A stretch of DNA of 64,000 bases from an uncultured Chroococcidiopsis sp. GTDB taxonomy: Bacteria > Cyanobacteriota > Cyanobacteriia > Cyanobacteriales > Chroococcidiopsidaceae. The position numbers were made by a program, and so were the translations under genes. Below the pieces are notes generated by a model. That model was not told the DNA's origin and did not search any database. It worked only from the letters and a program-made list of their open reading frames with translations. Shown in pieces: positions 50,340 to 60,161 of the stretch. The stretch is from the NCBI GenBank assembly GCA_964248365.1, contig CAXTYC010000001.1:332151-396150 (forward strand), written 5' to 3'. Position 1 is the stretch's first letter. Every line of letters begins with the position of its first letter.

Positions 50340-51056
50340 ATGGAAACAAGCAAGCAGCATCAGGTAAATGATTGCTGGAATCAGATCGGAGTAGAGGGCG
50401 ATCGCTCTTGTGTCGAGCTAGAAAAGCTAATTCACTGCCGCAACTGTCCCGTCTATTCGACGGCGGGACGCAGTTTACTAGAACGGGAACCACCTGGCGA
50501 CTACTTAAACGAATGGACGGCTGTTTTAGCTGCTCCTGTTGCCCAACCTTCCACGCATTTAACCCCGCAAGTTGGCTTCAAAATCGGACGGGCAGAAGAC
50601 ACCTTTGGAGCGATCATTTTTCGCTTGATTGATGAGCGCTTCGCCTTACCCGTGCGAGTGCTGCAAGAAGTCACCCGTCCATCTGCTATTCATACACTGC
50701 CCCACCGCAGCAATGACTTGTTGTTGGGGTTAGTCAACATTCGCGGTGAAATTCTACTTTGTGCTTCTTTGAGTCATCTTCTGGGGCTGGAAACTCCAAC
50801 AAACTCACCGTCTAGCCACATATACCAGAATCGAATGCTTGTGGTTGGACACAAAGACAGCAAATGGGTGTTTTCGGTCGATGAAGTGTATCGAATTCAC
50901 CGCTTTCATCTGGACGAGTTAAAAGCTGCGCCTGTTGTCGTTGCCCTCGCAAATGAAACGTATACCCAAGGGGTAATTGACTGGCACAACAAAAAGGTGA
51001 ATTATCTAAATCCAGAGCTTTTGTTTGATGCCCTCGATCGTAAGATTCTTTGGTGA
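50340..51056 (+). CDS. cheW: CheW scaffold with Cys-rich N-terminus (WspD-like)
   Basis: DCWNQIGV.GDRSC..L...HCRNCPVY, then HTLPHR...LLGLVNIRGEI. Confidence 0.92.
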   Translation: METSKQHQVNDCWNQIGVEGDRSCVELEKLIHCRNCPVYSTAGRSLLEREPPGDYLNEWTAVLAAPVAQPSTHLTPQVGFKIGRAEDTFGAIIFRLIDERFALPVRVLQEVTRPSAIHTLPHRSNDLLLGLVNIRGEILLCASLSHLLGLETPTNSPSSHIYQNRMLVVGHKDSKWVFSVDEVYRIHRFHLDELKAAPVVVALANETYTQGVIDWHNKKVNYLNPELLFDALDRKILW

Positions 51057-51070
51057 GGAGGGGAGAAAGT

Positions 51071-53905
51071 ATGCGCGATTACTCCATGCTGGATCTGTTT
51101 CGTCAAGAAGTGGAAACTCAGGTGACAAACCTGAAGCAAAGCTTATCGATTCTCAAACAACAGCCGTCGTTGAACAGCGAATTAGAAAGCGCGACGCGAG
51201 CGCTCCATGCGATCGCAGGATCTGCCCAAATCGTCGAAATCGATGCCGCAGCAAAGCTAGCGTTGGCGATGAGTGCAAGCTTAATTGCCGCTTCCGAACA
51301 CTCAATCGAGTTGACACAAGCGCAAATCGATCAATTGCTATACGCACTCGATCTCCTCTTGGGAATTAGCCACGCCAGCAAAGGTGATTTAGAACACTAC
51401 CTGGTAGAACACGCCCAGAATTTGTCAAGTACCCAAACCGCGATTAGCCAGCCCATAGCCGAAGGCATAGCCCAGCCTTCGTCCCACGACATTCCGGTGA
51501 CACCTGCCGCAACAACAGAGGCTTCTAGCGATGCAACTCCAACGCCCCCAGATCCCCCAACACCGTCAAAGCGACTAATCGACGACACTTCTATGCTAGA
51601 ATTGTTTCGTTTAGAAGTCGAGGAACAGGCGACGATATTAACCAACGGTTTACTCGCGCTAGAAACTCAACCACAATCTCCTCAACAATTAGAAGCGCTG
51701 ATGCGAGCCGCTCATTCCGTTAAAGGAGCCGCCCGAATTGTTGGATTAGATGCGGCAGTTGGGCTAGCACACGTCATGGAAGATTGCTTTGTTGCGGCAC
51801 AAAACCAAATAATTACCTTGGACGCAGATCAAATCGATGTGTTGTTGCGTGGAGTCGATATACTTCAGAGCCTTAGCCAAATGAGTGATAGCGATTTAGC
51901 CGACACTTTAGCACACAACGCTTCAGAAATTGAATCGATTCGACAGGCGATCGCTGCTATGCAAACAGGGGGAGCCATACCCAAGCCACAGCAGGTTAAT
52001 CCTTTTCGCCCCTTTATACCAGAAAAACTCAATTCTGACAACAAAAATCCTTCTACACCCGTTGTTCAACCCGAATCGGTCAGTCTTGCCCCCCGTCCAC
52101 CTGTATTAATGGAAGCATCAAATGATGTGCAGCTCGAACAAAGCGCTGCTTCCCAACCTAGCGTAGCTACCTCAGATCGAGTCGTGCGAGTCAGTGCAGA
52201 AAACCTGAATCGCATGATGGGACTTGCTGGAGAATCGCTGATAGAAGCGAACTGGCTGCCGCCGTTTGCCGATTCTCTCATGCTGCTAAAATCCCGTCAG
52301 AACGAGCTTTCTAACACTCTAGAACAGTTACAACAGAATAACCTGTTAAACACTGCCCCCAGTCAGGATAGCAAAGCGCTGCTAGAGTCCGCCCGACGCA
52401 AAGAGCAAGAATGCCGCGATTTACTGGGTGAACGCTTGACCGAACTAGAAGGATTTATCCGTCGCACCGCCAACCTAAGCGATCGCTTGTATCGAGAAGT
52501 AATTACTTCCCATATGCGCCCGTTCGAGGATGGTGTACAAGGCTTTCCACGCATGGTGCGAGATATTGCCCGTCAGCTCAATAAGCAAGTCAAGCTGGAC
52601 ATTTTAGGCAAATCAACCGCAGTTGACCGCGATATTCTCAAGAAACTCGAAGCTCCCCTTACCCATATTCTGCGAAATGCCGTCGATCACGGTTTGGAAC
52701 TGCCAGAAGACCGCATCAAGGCTGGCAAACCCGAAACGGGAACTATTCGCCTAGAAGCGTTTCATCGTGGCGGTATGTTAGCAATTACGATCGCAGACGA
52801 TGGCAAAGGCATCGATCCACAGATGCTGCGTCAGCGAGTGATCGATCAGAACCTAGCAGCGCCCGAAGTAGCCGCAAAAATGACCGATGCCGAACTAATG
52901 GAGTTCTTGTTTTTACCTGGATTTTCGATGGCAAAGCAGGTAACAGAACTCTCTGGTCGGGGGGTTGGGTTAGACATTGCTAAGAGTATGGCGCAGGAAG
53001 TAGGGGGGACTGTCAGGGCAACCTCTGTCCCCCAACGCGGCACTAGTTTTTATTTCCAATTGCCCCTGACACTCTCGGTAGTTCGGACTTTGCTAGTTGA
53101 GATTTCTGGGGAAGCTTACGCTTTTCCTTTAGCACGAATAGATAGAATTGTCAATATATTCGGTTCAGAAATTGCCTTTGTGCAGAATCGTCAGTACTTG
53201 ACGCTGGATGATAAAAACATCGGACTAATTTGGGCGCATCAGGTTCTCGACTTGCCGCCGCCGCTCTCCAGTTCCTCTAGGCTTTGGGTTGTGATCCTAA
53301 GTGATTCATCCAACACCTACGGGCTTGTGGTTGATAGCTGCTTGGGAGAACGAGAGCTAGTCGTGCGTCCCCTCGATCCTCGCTTGGGCAAAGTACAAAA
53401 TATCAGTGCGGCTGCATTGATGGGCGATGGTTCGCTCGTTTTGATTGTGGATGTGTCCGACTTGGTGCGATCGCTCGACAACTTGCTCAAGACAGGACAG
53501 TTAGCCCTTGTCGGCGAAGCGGCTCACAGGCGCGATCATAAACAAGTGCTTGTCGTCGATGATTCGATTACGGTGCGGGAAATGGAACGCAAGCTGCTAC
53601 AAAACCGAGGCTATAGCGTGGATGTAGCCGTAGATGGAATGGAAGGCTGGAATGCGATTCGCTCTCATCCTTATGACTTGGTAATTAGCGATATTGATAT
53701 GCCTCGGATGAATGGAATTGAACTGCTAAAGCAAATTAAAAGCCATCCGCGCCACAAATCAATTCCCGTAATTGTGGTGTCTTACCGCGATCGTGAAGAA
53801 GACCGCATTCAAGGCTTGGAAGCTGGCGCTGATTATTATCTAACCAAAAGTAGCTTTCATGACGACACCTTGATCGAGGCTGTCGTGGATTTGATTGGTG
53901 AGTAA
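51071..53905 (+). CDS. cheA: Hybrid CheA kinase (Hpt-Hpt-dimerisation-HATPase-CheW-REC; WspE-like)
   Basis: Hpt RALHAIAG and [29 protein letters not shown]...SGRGVGLD, C-terminal VDDS...[10 protein letters not shown]. Confidence 0.93.
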   Translation: MRDYSMLDLFRQEVETQVTNLKQSLSILKQQPSLNSELESATRALHAIAGSAQIVEIDAAAKLALAMSASLIAASEHSIELTQAQIDQLLYALDLLLGISHASKGDLEHYLVEHAQNLSSTQTAISQPIAEGIAQPSSHDIPVTPAATTEASSDATPTPPDPPTPSKRLIDDTSMLELFRLEVEEQATILTNGLLALETQPQSPQQLEALMRAAHSVKGAARIVGLDAAVGLAHVMEDCFVAAQNQIITLDADQIDVLLRGVDILQSLSQMSDSDLADTLAHNASEIESIRQAIAAMQTGGAIPKPQQVNPFRPFIPEKLNSDNKNPSTPVVQPESVSLAPRPPVLMEASNDVQLEQSAASQPSVATSDRVVRVSAENLNRMMGLAGESLIEANWLPPFADSLMLLKSRQNELSNTLEQLQQNNLLNTAPSQDSKALLESARRKEQECRDLLGERLTELEGFIRRTANLSDRLYREVITSHMRPFEDGVQGFPRMVRDIARQLNKQVKLDILGKSTAVDRDILKKLEAPLTHILRNAVDHGLELPEDRIKAGKPETGTIRLEAFHRGGMLAITIADDGKGIDPQMLRQRVIDQNLAAPEVAAKMTDAELMEFLFLPGFSMAKQVTELSGRGVGLDIAKSMAQEVGGTVRATSVPQRGTSFYFQLPLTLSVVRTLLVEISGEAYAFPLARIDRIVNIFGSEIAFVQNRQYLTLDDKNIGLIWAHQVLDLPPPLSSSSRLWVVILSDSSNTYGLVVDSCLGERELVVRPLDPRLGKVQNISAAALMGDGSLVLIVDVSDLVRSLDNLLKTGQLALVGEAAHRRDHKQVLVVDDSITVREMERKLLQNRGYSVDVAVDGMEGWNAIRSHPYDLVISDIDMPRMNGIELLKQIKSHPRHKSIPVIVVSYRDREEDRIQGLEAGADYYLTKSSFHDDTLIEAVVDLIGE

Positions 53906-53909
53906 TGTT

Positions 53910-54944
53910 ATGAAGATCGCAATTGTCAATGACATGGTAATCGCCGTCGAAGCCATTCGACGGGTTTTGTTGACTATTCCCGATTACCAAATTGCTTGGA
54001 TTGCGAAGAATGGTGCAGAAGCAGTGGCAAAATGCGCCCAAGATACCCCAGATTTAATCTTGATGGATTTAATTATGCCCGTCATGGATGGGGTGGAGGC
54101 AACACGTCTGATTATGGAACAGTCTCCTTGTGCGATTGTGATTGTCACAGCCAATGTCGGACAAAATACCGCCAAGGTGTTTGAAGCAATGGGTTATGGT
54201 GCGCTAGATGCGGTCAACACGCCGATATTAGGTAGCCAGGGAAAACCAGAAGCAGCAATGCAATTGCTGGGAAAAATTGCCACAATCCGCAAGCTAATCG
54301 GCAAATCCAGTCAAACCCCAAACTCCAAACTCCAAACTCTAAGTTCCAAACGCCACAGCCTAAATGCTACCTCACTTCCTCCCCTCGTCGCAATCGGTTC
54401 GTCTACGGGCGGACCTAAAGCCCTGTCTACTATTCTGTCTCGCTTACCCGCAAACTTTGACGCGGCGATCGCAGTCGTTCAACACGTTGATGCACAGTTC
54501 GCCCTCGGCATGATCGACTGGCTAAACGACCTCACGCCCCTAACCGTGAAGAAAGCATCCGTCGGCGATCGCCCAGAAAAAGGAACTGTCTTGGTCGCTT
54601 GCACAAACGATCACTTGTGGATGCAACCCAACCAAATGCTTAATTACACTAAAGATCCGATCGACTATCCCTACCGCCCTTCGATTGATGTGTTTTTCAA
54701 AAGTATTGCTCAGTACTGGACACCGAAAGGAATTGCTATTCTACTTACAGGTATGGGGCGAGACGGTGCAGAAGGACTTAAACTGCTCCGCACTCACGGC
54801 TGGCATACGATCGCCCAAGATAAAGAAAGCTGCGTCGTCTACGGAATGCCCAGAGCCGCCATTGAGCTAAATGCAGCCGTTGAGGTTCTCAATCCAGAGG
54901 CGATCGCCACTCGGCTGATTGGGCGTTTAGCCGTCAACCACTAG
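53910..54944 (+). CDS. cheB: CheB methylesterase (WspF-like)
   Basis: REC domain LMDLIMP; catalytic [12 protein letters not shown] and LTGMGRDGA. Confidence 0.95.
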   Translation: MKIAIVNDMVIAVEAIRRVLLTIPDYQIAWIAKNGAEAVAKCAQDTPDLILMDLIMPVMDGVEATRLIMEQSPCAIVIVTANVGQNTAKVFEAMGYGALDAVNTPILGSQGKPEAAMQLLGKIATIRKLIGKSSQTPNSKLQTLSSKRHSLNATSLPPLVAIGSSTGGPKALSTILSRLPANFDAAIAVVQHVDAQFALGMIDWLNDLTPLTVKKASVGDRPEKGTVLVACTNDHLWMQPNQMLNYTKDPIDYPYRPSIDVFFKSIAQYWTPKGIAILLTGMGRDGAEGLKLLRTHGWHTIAQDKESCVVYGMPRAAIELNAAVEVLNPEAIATRLIGRLAVNH

Positions 54945-54963
54945 CTTTCAACTCGATCTCCCA

Positions 54964-56454
54964 ATGGACGACCTGATTACTGTTCTTTTGATCGACGATC
55001 AAACCATCATCGGTGAAGCCGTGCGGCGGATGCTAGCTGCTGAACAAGACATCGTGTTTCACTATTGTAGCAACCCGACTCAAGCCCTCAAGGTTGCCAG
55101 AGAGTGTCGCCCGACAGTCATTTTGCAAGATCTGGTGATGCCGCAGATGGATGGGTTGCTATTGGTGCAATTTCTGCGATCGCGCGATGCTCCAACTTAT
55201 CAGATTCCGCTTATTGTGCTGTCGAGCAAAGAGGAACCACTGATTAAAGCACAAGCATTTGAACTGGGCGCGAATGACTACCTAGTGAAGTTGCCCGATC
55301 GCGTCGAATTGATTGCCCGTATCCGCTATCACTCTCGCGCTTATATGAACCTGCTCAAGCGCCAGGAAGCAGAAGAAAGGCTGCGTGACGAAAACTTGCG
55401 ACAAGCATTGTACATCGAGCAGGTGGGCAAATTGACCTCCGCTGCCGTTGCTGTCGAACAAGATACCTTCCAAACTGAAAGCCTAAACGATGTAGTTGAG
55501 CGCGGCGACGAGTTAGGACAACTGGCACGGGTTTTTACTCAAATGGTCAAAACGGTCAAAAACCGCGAAACCGAATTGAAGCGGTTAAATAATTCCTTTG
55601 CCCGATTTTTTCCGGCTGAATATCTGCAATTTCTCCGTAAAGACAGCGTTACCGAAGTGCAACTAGGCGATTACGTCAGCAAAACGATGGCAGTCATGTT
55701 TAGCGATATTCGCTCGTTCACTACGCTTTCAGAAACCATGACTCCTCAAGAAAACTTTAACTTTGTTAATGCCTATCTCAAACGAGTTAGCCCAGAAATT
55801 CGCAATCACTATGGAATTATTGTCAAATTCCTGGGAGATGGTATGATGGCGGTGTTTCCCGACGGTGCTGATGATGCCGTCAAAGCAGGCATTGCCAAAC
55901 AGAATCGGGTGCATGAATACAACCAGGAGCGCTCGGCTAGAGGCGGCTTGCCCATTCAGGTCGGTATTGGCGTTCATGTCGGACACATGATGCTAGGAAT
56001 GGTGGGAGACGAGAATCGCATTCAAGGAGATGCTTTTTCTGATAACGTCAATCTGACCGCACGGTTAGAAGGCTTGACTAAGTATTATGGGGTGTCGATG
56101 CTGATTTCTGGTCAAACGCTAGAGCATCTAAGCCATCCCGATCGCTATCAAATTCGCTTTTTAGATCGGGCGATCGTCAAAGGGCGAAACGAAGCGATCG
56201 CAGTCTACGAAGTACTCGATGCTGAAAGCGAAGAAGTCCGTCACCTCAAAGTGCAAACCCAACCTGATTTTGAACAAGGGATAAGTTGTTACCGCAATTG
56301 CTCGCTTAATGATGCAAAAGCCTGTTTTGAGCAAGTATTAGCCGTTAACCCTTCCGATCAGACTGCACAACTTTACCTAGAGCGAGTCGAAGGGTTGCTA
56401 GAGCATGGTATACCCGAAACCTGGAATGAGGCTTGGGCGTTCAGCGAGAAATGA
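54964..56454 (+). CDS. cya: WspR-like receiver + HAMP-like linker + class III adenylate cyclase
   Basis: REC LLIDDQTIIGEAVRR...FHYC.NP..A......PTVILQDLVMP; RGDELGQLARVF.QM; cyclase FSDIRSFT, VKFLGDG, DAFSDNVNLTARLE. Confidence 0.9.
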   Translation: MDDLITVLLIDDQTIIGEAVRRMLAAEQDIVFHYCSNPTQALKVARECRPTVILQDLVMPQMDGLLLVQFLRSRDAPTYQIPLIVLSSKEEPLIKAQAFELGANDYLVKLPDRVELIARIRYHSRAYMNLLKRQEAEERLRDENLRQALYIEQVGKLTSAAVAVEQDTFQTESLNDVVERGDELGQLARVFTQMVKTVKNRETELKRLNNSFARFFPAEYLQFLRKDSVTEVQLGDYVSKTMAVMFSDIRSFTTLSETMTPQENFNFVNAYLKRVSPEIRNHYGIIVKFLGDGMMAVFPDGADDAVKAGIAKQNRVHEYNQERSARGGLPIQVGIGVHVGHMMLGMVGDENRIQGDAFSDNVNLTARLEGLTKYYGVSMLISGQTLEHLSHPDRYQIRFLDRAIVKGRNEAIAVYEVLDAESEEVRHLKVQTQPDFEQGISCYRNCSLNDAKACFEQVLAVNPSDQTAQLYLERVEGLLEHGIPETWNEAWAFSEK

Positions 56455-56646
56455 TTTTGATGCCAATTCAATTGACCTCTTGCACTCGTCCTAATTGAGT
56501 TCTCGAATCTGATTCTTTTGGTCAGGTATATGAACATTATTTCGCTACTAGGTGAACTATACAGCGAAATGCTTGCAGCTTAAAACTTGCTTTCCTGTTT
56601 TCCTCCCTGGGCTAAAAGTCGCTTTCTTTTCCAACGAGGTTTTTCT

Positions 56647-58317
56647 ATGAGCAATAATTATTTACGCCTGACGAGTAGCATAAGCATTTTATGTGTAATT
56701 GCCCCAGCTACGACCGCGTTTGCGCAAACGTCTTTTGCTCCAGAAACTTCGGTATCGCAGCTTTCTGACGTACAACCGAGTGATTGGGAATTTCTTGCTC
56801 TCCAATCACTGATTGAGCGCTATGGCGTAAATGTTGCAGCTGACACTCCTGTGAAAAGTAGAAATTCGCAATTGGATCGAAATTGTCCTGCTTCTCCCCC
56901 TTGTCTTCCTTATCCTTTTTTGCAAGCAGAGGGAACAATAAAACTCTCGGTAGGGGGGAGAGAAGATAAACAAGAGTTTTTTGATTATCTGGGCAATCAA
57001 ACTATAACTCGTTACGAATTTGCCACTCTTCTAAATACAGTGGTGAGGCGAGTAAATAAGTTAATCAGTATTAAACCGACAGAACAAGTATCCCGCGATG
57101 ACTTGGCAACCTTGCAAAGATTACAGCAAGATTATACTGCCGAACTAACAACTTTACGAGGTCGGCTAGATACTCTCGAAGCCCGCGCCGCCCAACTAGA
57201 AGCAAATCAATTTTCTACTACTACTAAACTTAGTGGTCAAACAATCTTTGCTGTTAATGGGGGTGGTTTTAGTGGCAGTCACATTCTCGATCCCACAGGT
57301 AGAGAAATCGCCAATAATGAACCCAATCCCACTATACTCTATCGAGCTGCTTTAGATTTCAACACCAGCTTTTCTGGCACAGACTTGCTAAAAGTTCGCT
57401 TGGATACAGGTAGTAACGGTAGTTTTGATAATGCTGCCTCAGTTCTGGAACCCTTTTTCGGCAGTGTTTTGGACTATTCTATCAAACCGCCGCGAAATGG
57501 TGAGTTTGGCATTAGTCGCCTATATTATACTTTTAACCCGTTTAAAGATGTTCAGGTATCCCTTGGTCCTGCGCTCGTGCCTACAGATTTCGTTGACTTA
57601 AATAGTTACGCCAATCTGAGCTTTTTAGACTTCTCTACTCTTGCACTGGTCAACAACTATATTCTGTTTCCTATTAATGGTCTAAGCTCAGGTGCAGTGA
57701 TTAACTGGAAACCTAGCAACGGTTCTTTCACACTACGGGCTATGTATGTAGCTGCGGATGCGGCAAATCCTAGTAATCAAGGGCAGGTTGAAGGTGTGTC
57801 GCCTTTTTCTACATTATTGTATCCTAGCGGGGGTGGGAGTCTTGGTATATTTGGCGATTCTTACCAGGAAATAGTTGAATTGGAATACTCGCCAAAGCAA
57901 ACCTTTGCTCTACGTCTACAATACAGTGGCGGCAATGTGTTCGATCACCGTTTTGATGTATTTGGGGCTAATGCCCAATTAGCCTTGTCACGACGGCTAG
58001 CAATCTTCGGTCGTTACGGCATTGGCAGCTACAATGATACAAATTTCGGAGACATTAAACCCAACTATTGGATGGCTGGGGTGACATTACGCAACTTGTT
58101 TGTGCCTGGTGCTGTGGCTGGTATTGCTGCTGGTCAACCTTTTATTGAAAGTGCAGTGGGAAATGCTACACAGACAAACTTTGAAGCGTTTTATAACTTT
58201 CCCCTGAGTGAAAATATTGGCATCACGCCGTTGGTACAGGTGATCGCTAATCCTAGTAATCAGCAGGACAATAGCACAATTGTGACGGGTACTTTGCGTA
58301 CAGTCTTTTCATTTTAA
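56647..58317 (+). CDS. Cyanobacterial SLH-OprB-type porin
   Basis: Signal peptide, SVSQLSDVQP.DW..ALQSLIERYG, TRYEFA, LEANQFSTTTKL, C-terminal GTLRTVFSF. Confidence 0.92.
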   Translation: MSNNYLRLTSSISILCVIAPATTAFAQTSFAPETSVSQLSDVQPSDWEFLALQSLIERYGVNVAADTPVKSRNSQLDRNCPASPPCLPYPFLQAEGTIKLSVGGREDKQEFFDYLGNQTITRYEFATLLNTVVRRVNKLISIKPTEQVSRDDLATLQRLQQDYTAELTTLRGRLDTLEARAAQLEANQFSTTTKLSGQTIFAVNGGGFSGSHILDPTGREIANNEPNPTILYRAALDFNTSFSGTDLLKVRLDTGSNGSFDNAASVLEPFFGSVLDYSIKPPRNGEFGISRLYYTFNPFKDVQVSLGPALVPTDFVDLNSYANLSFLDFSTLALVNNYILFPINGLSSGAVINWKPSNGSFTLRAMYVAADAANPSNQGQVEGVSPFSTLLYPSGGGSLGIFGDSYQEIVELEYSPKQTFALRLQYSGGNVFDHRFDVFGANAQLALSRRLAIFGRYGIGSYNDTNFGDIKPNYWMAGVTLRNLFVPGAVAGIAAGQPFIESAVGNATQTNFEAFYNFPLSENIGITPLVQVIANPSNQQDNSTIVTGTLRTVFSF

Positions 58318-58426
58318 CCTAACTTTTAAAATTGGCGATCGCCTCAATTTTCAGTGATTTTATGACCGCAGGCGATCGCGCTTTTGTTTCTCAAGCTAAG
58401 CTAGCTACTTTATATGCAGCTTACTT

Positions 58427-58819
58427 TCAACCTTTTGATTTTTCAACTTTTGCTTGAGCCTCATCCATAGCTTCCTTTTTGTCCGCCTGATTTGAGTCAA
58501 ATGTAACAGCTGTTTGACGAGCCTTTAGGTTAAGAACTTCAGGAATCTTTTTCGGCAGTTCTTTGATGTTTTGCAAACCAGTATCACCGATTGGTCTATC
58601 AGGAGCATCACCTAGATCTTCAGCTTTTTCTTGAATTCGCTTTACAGTATCAGGAGTTACAGGATTATATTCCCCAGGATTTCTTAGCTCTTGTGCCTGC
58701 GCTTGCACAGCTACACTTTGACTCATGGCGGGAACGAGCAAAAATGTCACCGCTGCCAAAAAAACAGTAACGATTTGGCGTAGTCCAAATTTGCGTAGTC
58801 GGCTAATTATTTGTTTCAT
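58427..58819 (-). CDS. Hypothetical secreted protein
   Basis: Signal-peptide-like N-terminus (…AQA) and hydrophilic body; GGAG upstream. Confidence 0.75.
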   Translation of the reverse strand: MKQIISRLRKFGLRQIVTVFLAAVTFLLVPAMSQSVAVQAQAQELRNPGEYNPVTPDTVKRIQEKAEDLGDAPDRPIGDTGLQNIKELPKKIPEVLNLKARQTAVTFDSNQADKKEAMDEAQAKVEKSKG

Positions 58820-59091
58820 CTCAATTCTCCATTAATTCTAGATGTAGAACTTTGTAATTGACTCTGGTACAGGTTTGGCTTGCAGAAATTACCAAAAATG
58901 AAGCATTCCCTAAGCATTTGCAAGGTCAATCTTTACTTAAAGTGTGGTGACGTATCTTCTCCCCTGGGTAAGATAGTGGCTTTATTAGGGGCTAGAGGCT
59001 AGAGAAAGGGACTCGGGTAAAGGGAAGAGGTAATTCGTAATTAATCATTCTCCCCCTCTCGCACTCTCCCTAGCCCCTAGCCCCTAGCCCC

Positions 59092-59391
59092 TCATTTATC
59101 GCCGTAATAGAAAGCGACTTCTTTATCTTTAAGTGGAGCAAAGCCAGCATCAAGGAGCATTTGATTGAGTTCTGATTGGGGAATATGCTTGGCTCCGATC
59201 CGTACAATACGCGATCGCATGGTATTGGATACACCACTGCGCTGTCTACCAGCTTCCAGCCCCATCACGCGCTCATAAAGTTTTAGCTTAGCTGGAGGAA
59301 TTGGCGATCCGTCTAAATCAATTCCAGATGCGATCGCGCGATCAACAGCATCAGCACCAGTGGAAGGAGCATCTAAATTTTCAGAAGACAT
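59092..59391 (-). CDS. DUF4090-like protein
   Basis: GADAVDRAIASGIDLDGSPIP...RQRSGVSNTMRSRIVRIGAKH. Confidence 0.8.
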   Translation of the reverse strand: MSSENLDAPSTGADAVDRAIASGIDLDGSPIPPAKLKLYERVMGLEAGRQRSGVSNTMRSRIVRIGAKHIPQSELNQMLLDAGFAPLKDKEVAFYYGDK

Positions 59392-59583
59392 TGCTTGCGG
59401 TAAAATTCTACGGATGCATTTTACCAGTACGTGTTATCCACTGGATAAATACAAGAATTTAATGCTACAACTTTTTTAGCTAGATAATCTATCAAAGCCC
59501 GATCCTTCGGTGCGATCGGACACTTGTCACATCAATTTTTTTGATCTACCCTCAAGCTGTGCTATTTACTTTTGTGCGCTGCT

Positions 59584-59964
59584 ATGTCTGACTCTCCCAC
59601 TCCCAACCACAACGACCGTTCGTTACAAAGAGCGCTAACGAACAAAATTATAGATGAGTATTTCGATCACACCGAAAGTTGGTTGCGAGCCATCCTGCGG
59701 ATGTCTTTTTTTTCTCTAACGCAAATAGATGGACATCCAGCCTTTCTGATCGAATGCCCTAATCAAGCTGTAGCTAAGCGGCTTAGTCGCAAAACCTATC
59801 CACTGCAACAAGCAGCACATTGCTTTGTTGACTACTCCTCTAACCAACGAGTTCTGATTTGCTATAAACAAGCTAATCAGACTTGGCGATGTTTTGATAC
59901 CAATACCAGTACTTGGAAAACTTGGGAAAATCCTCAAACCCCAACTGCTCCAGCGGACAACTGA
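59584..59964 (+). CDS. Hypothetical protein
   Basis: Open frame with plausible composition (FLIECPNQAVAKRLSRK); ATG at 59584. Confidence 0.6.
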   Translation: MSDSPTPNHNDRSLQRALTNKIIDEYFDHTESWLRAILRMSFFSLTQIDGHPAFLIECPNQAVAKRLSRKTYPLQQAAHCFVDYSSNQRVLICYKQANQTWRCFDTNTSTWKTWENPQTPTAPADN

Positions 59965-60161
59965 AATTGAGTCTCATTCGTCATTTGTCCTTCGTCATTG
60001 GTTTAGCTAATAGACATTCAAGGATCGCACAATCAAATTCCTAAAACTTTTGTGGGATTGGCATCTTGCTGTGGAGCAGGTATGTTGCCTGCAACCATAT
60101 CCACCTTGAAAGTACATTAGCTTTTGCTACAAAGGACAAAGGACAAATAACAAAGGACAAA

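Noticed and set aside
47866..50349. Diversity-generating retroelement TR/VR pair
   Set aside because: No reverse transcriptase, both copies lie in intact MCP signalling domains, and there is no adenine-specific mismatch pattern.
41051..56000. Many short overlapping ORFs within the signalling island (e.g. 41051..41563, 45675..45962, 51025..51369)
   Set aside because: Shadow frames of long, motif-rich genes, with no independent coding signals.
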